Assembly: GCA_964019425.1 (NCBI GenBank)
Contig: OZ025801.1
Span: 372,001 to 436,000 of the forward strand
DNA length: 64,000 nt
Source: Flectonema sp. DT1601
Taxonomy: Eukaryota
Direction: 5' to 3'
Shown: one piece after another, positions 34,545 to 47,500 of the stretch
Layout of the letters: each line of letters begins with the position of its first letter
Numbering within the stretch: the stretch's first letter is position 1
Made by a program: the position numbers and the translations under genes
Notes under the pieces: generated by a model
Seen by the model: the letters and a program-made list of their open reading frames with translations, nothing else
What the model was told of the DNA's origin: nothing
The model's database searches: none

Positions 34545-36416
34545 TCAACACCCACTTATCCTTGGTGTGGATTTCTTTTTTGGAGTGTACGATCTCGCTC
34601 TAGTTTGACATTGGTGGTGACCAGGATGTAACCCGACGGGATATTTATCCCTTAAAGCACTCTTTGATTTCCCACCAAAAGGTGATGCTGGTGGAAGTGT
34701 TGAAGTTGGTGACTGTAGTCTTTCAGAACTACGAGGACTACCAGCAGTTGATAACTCATCCAGTTTGGAATAGACGTCATCTATTTTAATATTTGAAGCT
34801 GATTGGAATATTTTATTATTTCCTATTAAGACCATAAAACCATCACCAGCTCTACCTATGATACGACCTTCAGACCCATCGCTGTGAAGTCGGCAAGTGG
34901 CTCCAATCGGCCATGCGACTCTCACTGCTGGATGTTCTGCGACAGTCATCTCATCACCTTCTGTAAAATCTGATTTAGCAGTTGAGCTGGCAAATGAAAC
35001 ATTCTCAGCTGTAAGTTGCGGTGTCTGTGTCGGCGTCCTCATTCCCGATGATTGCCGAGTCCCTCCGATGGCACGACTTCGTTTTTCAGAAACTGTTTTT
35101 GAAATCGAAGGCCGCCGGCTGGGTTCTGTCTGCGGAGTACCGACAGAAGGCTGTCTACTACCAAGAGAAGGCTGCCTACTACCGACAGAAGGCTGCCTAC
35201 TACCAGTATTAATCACCTTTTGAATAACTGAAGGTGTTACACTATCATAAGAAGGAGTCACAGTTCTAGAACTCGGTAAGTCAGGAGGACTATTTGAATT
35301 CACACAACTACTACTACTCAATGACCGAACAGGAATAGGATTCGTCTCTCTTGGAACGTCACCCAATGCCATATTTATTAAACTATCAGTTGTCCAAACT
35401 ACTGTTGGACTGCTGCTCCTACTGTGAGATGATTTCAGTTCTGTCTGCACAGATATTTCCCGTGTTGGGCTCTGCTGTCTGTTTTGATAAAAATGTTCCT
35501 CCTGTCGTGGTCTACTATCATAGCCATATCGGATTGGAGAGTTATTGTTATTACTTGACTTGTGATGTTGTTGTTGTTGTTGATGATTGTTGTTGTAATT
35601 AATTTCTTTATTTTGAATTGCAGCCTGATTCTGATTCACTGGAGCACTTAAAGAAACGCTGCGAGAATAGGAACGATGACGATAATCAGGAGAGAAATCT
35701 CTATTTGGATAAGGACTGTGATATGATGGACTATTCGATCTAATGTGTTCACTAACACTACCACAGCTGTGCCACTGCTCTGGACTGTAAGAAACTGGTG
35801 GAGGAACTGGTGTTGGAGAGAGTGAGATTGGAGACTGTGATCCACTCATAACAGAAATATCAGCAACAGTCTCAATATCTCCTTCAATAGTTGTCGTAGC
35901 TGCATTAACACAAAGAGGATTACTCGTGTTTGTACCAATACTAAAACTTATCGTACCTGTATTTGTTCCTCTGTTATACTTTCTAAGTTCAGTTGTTTGT
36001 GTTGTTCGGCTAGTCGTTGGTCTAAAACTAGCTTTATGAACCTGTCTTAGTAGGTCTGCTCTTTCAGTCTCCCATTCAAACTCTCTAGCAGTAATATGGT
36101 CAAGTAGTTGTTGCTTTTCAATTGCATAGCTGGCATCTCGTTGGGTAGCCATTGCCGACGATCTGTGAAGCTCAGATTTAACATAATCGTATTGTGTTGT
36201 TACTCTTCGTAGTTCAACTGTGTAGTCTTTTAAGAGGTTTTGCATTTCTTTAATTTGATAGTCGCATTTCTCTTTTCCATTTAAAGCGACTACGTATTTA
36301 TCAGCAACAGCCTCAGCTAATCCTTCGATAGAGTGAAGCTGCTGTAGTTGAACTTGTCCTGCTCCGTCGTCTTGTTCGTGGCTCTTTCGCAGTAATTCAT
36401 CGTAGAGATCACTCAT
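34545..36416 (-). CDS. Hypothetical protein with N-terminal coiled coil and Ser/Pro-rich low-complexity region, about 623 aa
   Basis: Long ORF with no recognisable domain. ATG at 36416 (MSDLYDELL). Includes a 21-bp tandem repeat encoding GSRQPS[VL] three times (about 35140-35205). Confidence 0.65.
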   Translation of the reverse strand: MSDLYDELLRKSHEQDDGAGQVQLQQLHSIEGLAEAVADKYVVALNGKEKCDYQIKEMQNLLKDYTVELRRVTTQYDYVKSELHRSSAMATQRDASYAIEKQQLLDHITAREFEWETERADLLRQVHKASFRPTTSRTTQTTELRKYNRGTNTGTISFSIGTNTSNPLCVNAATTTIEGDIETVADISVMSGSQSPISLSPTPVPPPVSYSPEQWHSCGSVSEHIRSNSPSYHSPYPNRDFSPDYRHRSYSRSVSLSAPVNQNQAAIQNKEINYNNNHQQQQQHHKSSNNNNSPIRYGYDSRPRQEEHFYQNRQQSPTREISVQTELKSSHSRSSSPTVVWTTDSLINMALGDVPRETNPIPVRSLSSSSCVNSNSPPDLPSSRTVTPSYDSVTPSVIQKVINTGSRQPSVGSRQPSLGSRQPSVGTPQTEPSRRPSISKTVSEKRSRAIGGTRQSSGMRTPTQTPQLTAENVSFASSTAKSDFTEGDEMTVAEHPAVRVAWPIGATCRLHSDGSEGRIIGRAGDGFMVLIGNNKIFQSASNIKIDDVYSKLDELSTAGSPRSSERLQSPTSTLPPASPFGGKSKSALRDKYPVGLHPGHHQCQTRARSYTPKKKSTPRISGC

Positions 36417-36777
36417 GGAGACATTTTTTTTTTTTTTTTTTAAAAGTGTTTTCTGTATTAAGGTATTTCCAAAGTATGTGATAAGACATTTCACCCAAAA
36501 ATGCTAATACTTTGTTAGTACTGTACTGTTTCTTCTCCCACTTCGTTGTGCATATGTTTTTGCTGTAAAATAATTCATTGAGTTTTTTTAAAAAAAAAAG
36601 AGAAAAAAACTTAATATTTTTTTTGTTGTGCAATGTTAAGCACGATATAAAATCAAATGTTTGTTTTGATGACGAAAAGACCCAACTTGAGCCCTCATAA
36701 AATGATATTAACCGTGTGAAAGGTTTCGTTAATCTAATGTACTGGCTATTCAAAACAATAATACAGATCCGCCAGAT

Positions 36778-39203
36778 CTATATAGCTGGCAATTTCTGTA
36801 GAACGATACCGAAGTAGGCGTCACCTTCCGTCCTTGAGTGTTCTGGGAAGTCAGGTGATGAACTTAGATGACGAACAACTTGAAGAGTCGAATTTGTTTT
36901 TCCGGCCGTCGACTGAATCACTCGAAGTGCCATACTCCGACTTATATTTTTTGTATTGAGAAAGAAGAATATATGACCTCCGTATTTACATCTCTTCAAT
37001 GAGATTGAAAGAGCGTGTTGGTAGAAATTTATTCTTTTATCATTCGGTTTAGTACGAGTATCTTGTTTTTTAATAGTATGACTAGTGATGTCTGGCGGAT
37101 CACATATCACAACGTCATACCTCTCTTTTTCATCCAATGCCTGAACTCTCATTTCTTCGATTGTACAAATATCTGACCAGCTTTTTCCGATTGCTTTTGA
37201 TACGTTCTTTTCAATCATCTTACACATATCCATATCACTTTCTACGAATTTGACGCTTTTCGCTCCAGAGTTCAGTGCTGCCAGACCCATAGAACCAGTG
37301 TATGCGAATAAATCAAGGACAGCCTGTTATTATTGGTGTTCTTTTTAAAAACAAACAAAAAATAAATCTACAAATTAGAGTGCCTTCAGACAGGAGCTTG
37401 ATAAAAAGAATTGATACACGGCTACGGATGACGCCACCAGTAATGTTGGATGATCTAATTAGATGCGAGGAACGTACGGAGTTGGCAACCGTCGAGACCT
37501 CTACTACGGAATCAACTAGCACCTGAAGAAGGGGAACAACTTTACGTTTGCCTTGGACGCTGGAAGACATCAACGATCTACCTTCAGCATTTTCGGACCT
37601 CTTTGTCACTAAATGGAATGCTGCTACACTCGAAGCTCCTTCGTTGAGGAAAGTTGGACAGAAAGTACCAAGACTCAGAAAATAATAAATAAAGCTGAAA
37701 TAAAAGACTTGTTGCACTTTATTTTTCCCTCCTTAAAGGGGGTACAAGTGTAATAAAACAAAACAATGTCATACCTTTCCTTTAGATAAAGCTGCGATTA
37801 ATTGTCTCGCTGTTCGATGAGAAAAATAATGACCGGTGTGGGTAGATGTTACAAGTGAAGGTCTCCAGTAGGTTTCTACTCCGTTTTCAAGGAAGTAGCA
37901 AGACTCGACTCCACCTGAGACCCAATGGCCTGAGGGCTTCATGATGTTAAAAACCTCATCTGCCTCTGGAAATGTTGATGTAGCCTTACAGATAAACGGT
38001 CTATTCTGAGCATCTTGTACTAAAATATGTGAAATTTGCAACTGGTTTTCTAAGAATTCCTTAACAGCTGTAAAACACTCATTCTGAACATCGTCTGTGA
38101 TGATAACGGCAGCGGAACCGTACACGTCGCAAACAAGTCCAGGTATGTAGTCACCAAGTCCGTTAATTAGACGAAATCCTGTGTTTGTTCGCATGTTAAT
38201 AAGTGTTTGTCTTAGCTCGTAGGCTTGTTCAATCTTGTTGTGCCAATATTCCTTTGTTGGTGGTTCTCCAGTCCAGTTGATAACAGATAGTATGCTGCTG
38301 TTGAGATTGGTGTCGTCACTACCTCCCCAGTGAAGGAGTCCCCAACCTTTTCTGTTAGTGGCTCTATCATGGATTCTCCAAACCTCTCCAAAACCAGACA
38401 TGTGTCTGCTATCTCTGATTGATTCCTTTCGAATACCTCGAGTTGATATTTCTGACGTTGTTATAACTTGTGGTGTGTCATCATTCATGTTAATCCCTTC
38501 AAGGTACGTCATTTCTTTCTTACTCACATCCTGATCAATAAACCTCGCACGTGTCAGAGCAACTTGCTTTTTTGGATTCTGCAAATGCAAGCTCGTCTCC
38601 CACCAATTTGTTGCCATCAGTGACTGTGGTGGTATGAGTCTACTCTCTTTTGAGAAAGTTGGGAATCCTTCCAAAGTCTCACTGTTGGTGCGTTTTTATT
38701 ATTATTTTTCTTCTTGTTAGTATTTATGTAAAAAAAAAGGTAAAAACTAAATACAAATAACAATCATACAATATAAATGGAGTGCTGGACTTAGTCCTAA
38801 TATTTACTACTCTGCGATGCCCCATATCTCTGAAATCGACTCTCAGTGGGATGAGAACTGGAGTAGCAAAACTGTTTGATAAGAATTTCGTAGCGAATTC
38901 CTTCCGACGATTGGTAACTTTTTTTCCTGAAAACCAGTCTTTTGGTTCTTCCATTGATTCATCGATATACATTTCTCTGTCTGCTCTGTCTTCATATTCC
39001 TGTAATATAGATTTACCAGTTGGAATTCTTTTTAACAATTCTTTTGCCTTCGCCTTCTTCTGCGAACCAACAACTTTACCTTCTCGATCCCAAGCACCTG
39101 TTGTTTTTTTCGGATCTAGAAGTATATCTGATCGAGATGTTGCTGCTTTTACAGTCGATTTCCATCTCCTACACATTGATAAAGACCCATTATGGAGTCT
39201 CAT
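36778..39203 (-). CDS. RlmI-like SAM-dependent RNA methyltransferase homologue with a mitochondrial-type presequence, 628 aa, exons 39203-38770, 38681-37775, 37323-36778
   Basis: RlmI motifs FRLINGLGDYIPGLVCDVYG, F.ENG, TGHYF..R..R, VLDLFAYTGS and YDVVICDPP. Introns at 38682-38769 (88 nt) and 37324-37774 (451 nt) restore the frame. Confidence 0.8.
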
Positions 39204-39713
39204 TATTCTAATTAAAAATATACAAAAATATTAATAATACCACGGGATAACACAATACAGTTTTTTATGTAAGTATAAAAAAACACCTTGACCAGTTGAA
39301 ATCTTTTGTTTAATTGATCCTGTTGAAGAGAATTTTTCATATGACATGACGCACAATTTTTTTTTTTTTCGTGAATAGACTGTCTCTGTAGTGTGTATTA
39401 ACAGTGACAGTTTTTATTTTTCGTACATTTCGCCAACATGAGTTAGCAACCCCCCCACGAAAACAAATTTTTTGTTTTTTAAAACAACAAAATAACAAGA
39501 AAAACAGTAAAAGTGTCCAAAAAGGCAGGTAAAAATCTCTCTTTCCTTTAAAATAATAATAAAAGATAAAAAAAAAATAAAAATAATTTATTGTTAATGT
39601 TCGAAGGTGTAGGGGAGAGACAAAAGGTTCAAAATCGAGAAAAGCAACAAATGCTCGTATAATAACAACACCCGTACCTTTATTTCTATCCTGATTCAGA
39701 TCCTCCAAATTGT

Positions 39714-40433
39714 TTACAACTTACTAATTTGAGCAGTTATGGCCTTCAAAGTTCCGATGTTAGTATCACGAAGTTGTTCTTCGGTAACATTCGAATTTGA
39801 AAGATCACCAAACGAAAGACATGGAGCGAAGACTAAGTCATGGTGAGGGAGAGATTTCATTCTTGTCATCCAAGCAACTATTTTTGGATATTTCGTAAAG
39901 TCAAACAAGTTACACAACCAAAGCTGTCCTAGTTCTGTATAAGCTGTAAGGTCAGCAATAGTCAAAGTCTCACTGAGTAAGAATGAAGTGTCTTTCAGAT
40001 AAACACTTTCCATGGCATCACATGCACGCTTGACGAAGAATTTAGCCGGGTTACTACCGATGTTTAAATCCTTTCTAACAAACTTTGCGAATATTCCCGT
40101 GCTGGCTTCACGAAGAGTTCTGTGATACCAGTGGAGAATCTGGTTCAACTTCGCACGAACAACAAGATCTTTTGGATATAAACCATTCCACCCATTCTTG
40201 TCACACAAGTATTCCATCATAGCGTTCGACTCTGACAATACAAACCCATCATCTGATAAAGCTGGAACAGTCCCGCCAGGTACCTTCTGTAAGAATGATG
40301 CATTTCTACTTCCCTTTTTTCCACTACTTCCAGGTACAGTCAGCTCTATTTTGAATGGATGTCTTTGTAAAAGCAACAACCAAGCAACAGCTCTAAAAGG
40401 CTGTGAGATTGGAACTCCGTAAAGAGTTAACAT
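39714..40433 (-). CDS. Glutathione S-transferase, theta class, 239 aa
   Basis: SQPFRAV, PGGTVPAL.DDGFVLSESNA, LYPKDL..RA, LTIADL and YPKIVAW motifs. Confidence 0.9.
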   Translation of the reverse strand: MLTLYGVPISQPFRAVAWLLLLQRHPFKIELTVPGSSGKKGSRNASFLQKVPGGTVPALSDDGFVLSESNAMMEYLCDKNGWNGLYPKDLVVRAKLNQILHWYHRTLREASTGIFAKFVRKDLNIGSNPAKFFVKRACDAMESVYLKDTSFLLSETLTIADLTAYTELGQLWLCNLFDFTKYPKIVAWMTRMKSLPHHDLVFAPCLSFGDLSNSNVTEEQLRDTNIGTLKAITAQISKL

Positions 40434-40712
40434 TACTTTCGTTTATTGTAAGGCTGGAAAAACAAATGGAATTTCGTTGATTTTTTTTTTTTTTTTTTTT
40501 AAATTTATAAATAATTCGAATTCTGTTTTTTTTTTTTTTTTTTTTTTTTTCCAACATAACAAATATCCTTATACTAAATAAGAAAATTAAAAAAAAAAGG
40601 AAACAGAGAAAACTTTAAACTCCAGTAGAAGTCATCTGGTAAGTGTGTGTTGGAAGACTCAATAGAACAATACAATATGTTTCCTAACTAATTATCGAAA
40701 CAGTTGGAGAAA

Positions 40713-41290
40713 CTAACTGCTAACATCCCACTGACAGACAGGACAGTTGCGGGAGAGATCACCAGTAACCTGTTTTATTGATATTCATCTGTTAAAAATG
40801 TTACTATTAAGTACAAGTTACATACCCATGGGTCAATACAAACTGCGTGGAAGAGGTGTAGACAAGGAAGTCTTCTTGTCTGTTCTCCAGCTGCAAAATT
40901 CTCACGACAGATGGTACAGGGATCTCCAAGGGAAGGAATATCTGAAGCATTTACGATTCGAGTTAGAGTGAGCATGTCGAGTGTTTCTCGTGAGACTCCT
41001 TTTGGAATTCTTCCCATCACATTTTGTAATGCGAGGAGTTCTTCATAACCCATTGTATCAATATCAGGTTGAGAGCGTCCATAACCAGCCTGTTCCAGTC
41101 TAGATACACAACTCTCTTTATCACCGTGGACTTCAAGTTCCATATTCGCACACAGATCCCGAAGTCTAAATATCGACATCTCTCTCAGATCTCGTCTCTC
41201 ATCATCCTCATCATCATCACGTATATGATATGCTGTCCGTACTGGAAGGGCTGCAGTCAGTATAGGTGGGTCTCTGCCACCATGAAGCAT
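40713..41290 (-). CDS. SAP-domain plus RING-H2 E3 ubiquitin ligase, exons 41290-40826 and 40769-40713
   Basis: SAP-like LRDLC..MEL.VHGDK..CVSRL; D.M.YEELLAL; CTICRENF...RRLPCLHLFH..CIDPW|VTGDLSRNCPVC. The 56-nt intron at 40770-40825 supplies the last two RING cysteines. Confidence 0.85.
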
Positions 41291-41405
41291 TTGGGCCCCT
41301 GAGATAATAAAAAGTAAAGTTAAGAAAAAAGATTATAACGCAATCATAACAAAAAAAGACTGGTCTCGATAGTGTGTAAGTGAACAATACCCGGGAAAGT
41401 AATAC

Positions 41406-41454
41406 AGAAGAAGAAGAAGAAGAAGAAGAAGAAGAAGAAGAAGAAGAAGAAGAA
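41406..41454. repeat. (GAA)n microsatellite, about 16 units
   Basis: Perfect trinucleotide run, (TTC)n on the transcribed strand. Confidence 0.95.
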
Positions 41455-41528
41455 AAACCTTATCAACATCTTGGAAAAGATGAGAGTTCATTTTTCTTTT
41501 TATAACAAATAAATAACAAACATAAAAT

Positions 41529-44500
41529 CTAAACAACAGAAGATATCAGAGCCACAATTAACAATACTGAAGAACAGATGACTCGACTACAGCAATCTGC
41601 GGCATACGGCACAAATATATATTCATCAGGAACATGAGCTGCTTCAGGAGGAAGCACAAAAGGGATTGAAGTTGGCGGCGACGGAGTCCACCAAGGAGGT
41701 GACTTTGTGCTAGGTGGGGCTGTTGGTGATGGAGTCGCAATATGTGAGATCGTAATCTGTGAAGCATTCGCTCTTTGAAATATCGTCGGGTTTGAACTCC
41801 TTAACAGAGAACTACTCGCGCTCAGATCATTTACCAAAACTGATCTCACTCTATTCAACATCACCGACGGATCTGATTCTACTGAACTAGCAACATAAAA
41901 CACACCCACAGCCTCTACTGTCGATGACGTGTTGTTGTTTAACTGCTGAGACTCAACTAACCTTTCTGCCGTTTGGTTTGAAAAAGACCAACAAAGAGGA
42001 GTTCCTTTTGCTGACTGGAGATCGAAGACCTGTCCAGTTGGTACTTCACAGACGTATTGAAGATCACATTTTGCGATAATCTGTTTTTTATTTTATTTTT
42101 AAGAATCAAATTTGTATCCTTTTAAAAAAGGATTTTAAAAGAAAGACACACGAACCTGAATATCGGTTCTGAGTAACTGCAACATCGATTTTGAAAATTC
42201 TGATCCAGCGACACCAGAAACAAATTTAGTAAACTCTGATGGTGTGAAGGTACCTGTGTGAGGTGGTGTATAAATAAGAAATCACTTCGTTAAGATAAAC
42301 CAATAGAACAGAAACACATACCAAGACCCATCTCACCATTCAGAGGACTAGAAAGGCTGATAATGTCAACTACTTCTCCTGGAACATTAAAAGGAAGAGT
42401 TTCTACCATTTTGCTGGTGCAAAGTCCAAGAGTGTCGGTGATTCCACTGAAACACGCGAATGATAATATCATTTGACTACATCCACCACTGAATCCAATG
42501 TCGTTAAAGTGAGCGATTCCTTGACGAACATCAACTGAAAGTTGTGATATGATATCAAGAGAATCCTGTTGTTAGTTATTAGGTTTGTTTTATTATCTCT
42601 ACTGAAATTTTAATTAGTAATAACACGCTGTTCACATACCTCACTGTCATATTTTCCAACGAATGACGCAGCTCCCGTCATACATCTACTAGACATAGTA
42701 ATTCTTGATACGTTGTCAGGTATGATGATTCTTTCGTTCTCTGTTATGATTCCAATCCATATTTCAACGGTTGTGTTGGAAGTTGGAATATTGTTGAGAA
42801 CAGCAGGGGGGTGACACACCCAATTAGATGCCGTGTCAGACCTACAAGACGATGAATTACTAACAAACAACTCCCCAGCTGACTCTCCACTATAATAAAC
42901 ATGAAGATGATCTGGTGATAAAAAATCAATACTTCCAACAGAATTGTGATCGAGTGAATCTCCCAAGTCAGTTGTTGTAAATAAGAATTTTGAAACCTGA
43001 GGACGTCCTACATAAATAGCTGACAAGGATGATTTCATTCCGGGTAACACATTAAGTTCTAACTCCGAAGCTGATGTTTTACCATTGACCATCCAATCGA
43101 GGACGTTACAAGGTCTCATATCCTTTATTGATGTTGGAAGACATGAACCACCCTCAACACATGATTCATACAAACCAGGGAGTGATCTATGAACACCTGG
43201 AATGATATCCGCATCAATATTAAGACAAGGAATTTCTCCCGGGATTAATGAAACACGACATCCAACATCAAGAGTCACTCTCATATAGTCAACTATTTTA
43301 ATAAAAAGTTTAAACGAGTGACCAATCATCCATAATGGTGGGATGGGTGGAGGTCCACCGTGACTTTGTTCATCCCTTCTTGTTACTCTGACTGGGGGGT
43401 TTGAACCCAAAATCGCAAAAACTTCAACAAACTTCGCACTTCTTATAAAATATAATGGTCCGACAGAGAGAATTGAACCAAACTCTACCGACTCTCCTCT
43501 AGCGGTAGTGGCTACAGCTTCAATGTCGAAGTACCATGGTGATGGGTGTGTAGGATTGTATGGTTTTGATGATCTTGTGAAATAATTCGGATCCTGTAAA
43601 GAGAATGTCACAATCCCCTTAAATGATGTTTGTTGAAGAATAAATTCAGAAGTCAAATTCTGATTAGAATCGACTACAAATTGCTGAGCCGTTATTGTAA
43701 AAACCATGTGACTGTCACCAATAGCTCTCATTGATTGGGAGTTTAATACTTCAAGGCTAAGAGTTGTTTGTTGTCCAACAATCGCAGCAGGATCACCTTT
43801 GTTTGTCTGTCCGTTAATACCAGAAAAGTTTGAATTCTCATTGGAAAGTAATAGTTGAAAACCATCAGTTTTATCAACATCAACAATCATGACGGTACTC
43901 ATAATAGTCGGGTCTCCTTTACTTTGTGGTAATCCACTTATTACGTTTTGTGATAGAATGCATTCTCCAGGTGTTGTAAAATATCCTTTTAGGCTGACTT
44001 TATCGTTTGCAATGAGGGTTATGAGACAGGGTGGATTCTGAACAAAAGATTCGTAGTTTTCACAAATGAAACAACCAGAAGGTTTCATCTCTGAAGGGTC
44101 AACAATTAGTTTTGAACTCGAAGATGCATCCCAAGCGAGACCTCCGACGTTTGTGACTAAACCAGATTCATCATACGCTGAGAGATGGATTTCAACTAGA
44201 CGATCTGCTGCTACTCTCGTTGTTTGAGTATTCCTCAAACGTTGATGTGATGTCACAAAGAAGTTTTCACTTTCAGCATACTTCCACTGAGTCAGTAATC
44301 TCCTTGAAAATGAAACTGAAAACACCTGAGTAGAAACATTTCTTAAGACGCCTTCTGTTGGTGGAGATACCACTACCTGACATATACAAGTACCAGTAGT
44401 GTTCGACTTAAAGTTTGAAACCGTTACATTGAATGAATAAATACCAATTAGTTTATCTGACTTCATACCCACAGAGTATATTTTTGGTACGCAAGAATCA

Positions 44501-47500
44501 CATGTCGCAGACGCGGTGACCTCATCATCAGTTCCCAAATGTTGTGATGAAAGGTACCAAATTTTATCACCATTTTGTGTACTATTACTAAGCTCACCTA
44601 CGACATAAGCTCTGAATGTACAAGGAACTCCTTGAATTACTGGTGACTTACAACCTCTAAGTGTTGGGTCATCCACAGTCAAGTGACTTGCTGGAACCCA
44701 GTAATTGATAATAGGTCCTGTTTTTATTGTTTTCCGCTACTATTATTAAAAAACCCCTCAAAAACACAGACGTAATCACAAACCTGTGTTACTACCAATA
44801 ATCCTTGTTGGTAGGTCAGGAAAATTCGGAAGTCCAAATGCAACGTTGAATCCGACAACAGGTTTACCAATAAGAGTGACACCAACAGTTCCTAAGGGTA
44901 ACTCTTTTATAAATCTATTAGGAACAGGTATCCCATTATAAACAAACTGTCCTGAAATCAGAGAAGCTGACGCACCTCCTGAAGACACAAGCCCACCAAT
45001 AGCTGATAAATTAAAATTTATATGAGATTTTAAGAATATTTGTTCTCCGTACACAACTCTAGAACGAATGTGATACAAAGGTACAAATCCCGTGTATGTT
45101 GGACCTCCAACAAGGTATGACCTGTCACCTAATTCATCTGCTGTATAAATATCAAACAACCAACTGTGAGGTATGTTTTCAGTGTATTGACTACTCGAGT
45201 CAACTTCTGTGTATCTCGGAATTGCAATTACCTGCGTAGGATCGGTTGTTGATGAGAAGTAATGCGTAGCTGAACCTATTTGTAATGCACATCTGTTTGT
45301 TTTGTTTTTTTTGTTTTGTTTTTTTGCCGTTATTATAAGAAAATAACAACAACATACTTGTAACATGCTCGGGTTACTTCAAGTCGAACTGTCGCACTGC
45401 CTCCAGTTCCAGAAATGAAACCTTGTTTCTCAACAGCTGATGTGATAGTGAGTGTACCTCCAGCACCGTTACCAACACTTTCTCTGTTTAAAAATAAAAA
45501 TGGAATTTGTTGCATTGACGTTGCGTCTTCATTAGTATCCCACGATGGAATACCATACTGATCTACTCGTACAGCTGTGACAGAGAATGGTCGTCGTTTC
45601 CTTACCACATTGTGAACATGTGTTTGGGATAGTTTCCAAGTATACCCACAAGTCATGACTCGATATTTTAGTACCGAACCGATTGATGACATAATTGGTG
45701 ATCGTGAATCGTATTGTCTCAGTAGAAATGATGATTTCACTCCGTTTGAAATATCAAAACTAATTCTAACTGAACAGCTGCTACAAGGTTGAGTGAAATG
45801 AAACTTTGCAGTGTGCTCTGATAAATGTGATAACGAAAACACGACTGAAGGTGTGTTAGGGAGTTCAACGGAACAAGCAATTGCATCTTTCGTGGAAAGA
45901 AATCCTCCATTTCCATATCTCATGTGTTTGGAGTCGAGAATAGTATTTTGATTTGGTGACCATTCGCTGCTGATAGTAACTGTCATTCTGTTTGGTAATC
46001 CTCCGACTGGCATTGTCATCTCCCATCCTTGAGCAAATGAAGCAACTTCTTGAATTGATACAGAGAATTGATCTCCGACCTTAATAACATCCCCATCACT
46101 TGATGGTAGTTTCTGTTCTGTTACTACTACTTTATCAGCAATAGCCTTCCTTACTGAAAACGGTTTTGTTAATTTAGTTCTTTCAAACAACAAAGGGTAA
46201 TAGTCTTCTGATGATACAGATGGTAATTCTAAACAATTATCAACACCTCTATTGACGTAACATAGATCAATTCGTAAAACACATCTCTCACATGGAGAGG
46301 ATAGCGTTACCCAAGACACTGAAGAACCGTATTTTATTGGAGGGAGAACTACTTCATCAAAATTAGAAATGTTCCCGTGTCTGAATGAAGATAGCTCATT
46401 CTCAGATGATGGATGTAGTATAAATCTTTTTAACAAACCACCATCATTACATCCAGAAGTAGTATGTTTAGTTATCCGTAGACTCGATGATGGAAACGTC
46501 CACGCTCTGAATCCATTTACAGTTCTAACTGAGGCCTCAATTGGAAATGGGATACCCTGAACGACTCCATCAGTGTAGCTCCACCCAACAGCAGGTCTTG
46601 GTAAGTATATCTTATAGAAATCATTACTACTTTGAAATAATCTTTTACTCGGACACTCATTATCTGTTGTTATTTGATTACTCAAATGAAAATAACTATA
46701 CAACTGAGTTGGTTGACCCCACCAATATGTTTGTTCTGTTAGAGCTGCTGTTATCACCTGTTGTGATCGTAAGATGTTTGTCGCTCCTATTTCAATAGAG
46801 AGAGGTTTATTTTGATCTGTCACATCTCTACCATGAAATGAAATAACAGTCAGATACTCAACTGAGTGTAGTAAAGACATTTCTTGATCAAGAATTGTTA
46901 TGATGTTGTCTGATGGAACTCTGTTATGAATTCGAAGTGTTGAGTTGGCTAACACTCCGCCCTTCTTTAGAAAGACTTGTCCAGTAAATCTAACTTCATA
47001 CTGAACAGGAACGTCGTAACTGAAATACCTAAATCCTTCAACAGTATTTGGTTGTTCGTAGTATGTTAGCACTTCGAGATTCATTTCAGTTGGTGATGCT
47101 CCACAAGTACCACCAGAACCTCGATTCTTCTTACCACCAACAGGACTCTTAGTAATGACAACATGTCTGTCAGGTGGGTTATCAGTTACTATCCAAAGTC
47201 TTAAAGCTGTACATGTTTCTGTTACTATTTCCTTTTGTCCGACGTATGTCGTCATACAAACATCAAATGATGCTGCTCTCACTGGAGGATGAACACTTGT
47301 AGAGTATGAGATTATAATCGCTGAAGGTGCTGTTGACTCTCTAGAGAGAGAAAGGAATGCCTTGCCATATGTGTAGCTAAATTGACCAATTTTTAATTGA
47401 CTTTCCGTATTGAATTCAGAATCGAGTACTATCTCCGATGAGAAAGTAGAGCTGTCAGCCAATCGAAACCAAGTTGGTGAACTCCCATATGGTCTTGACG

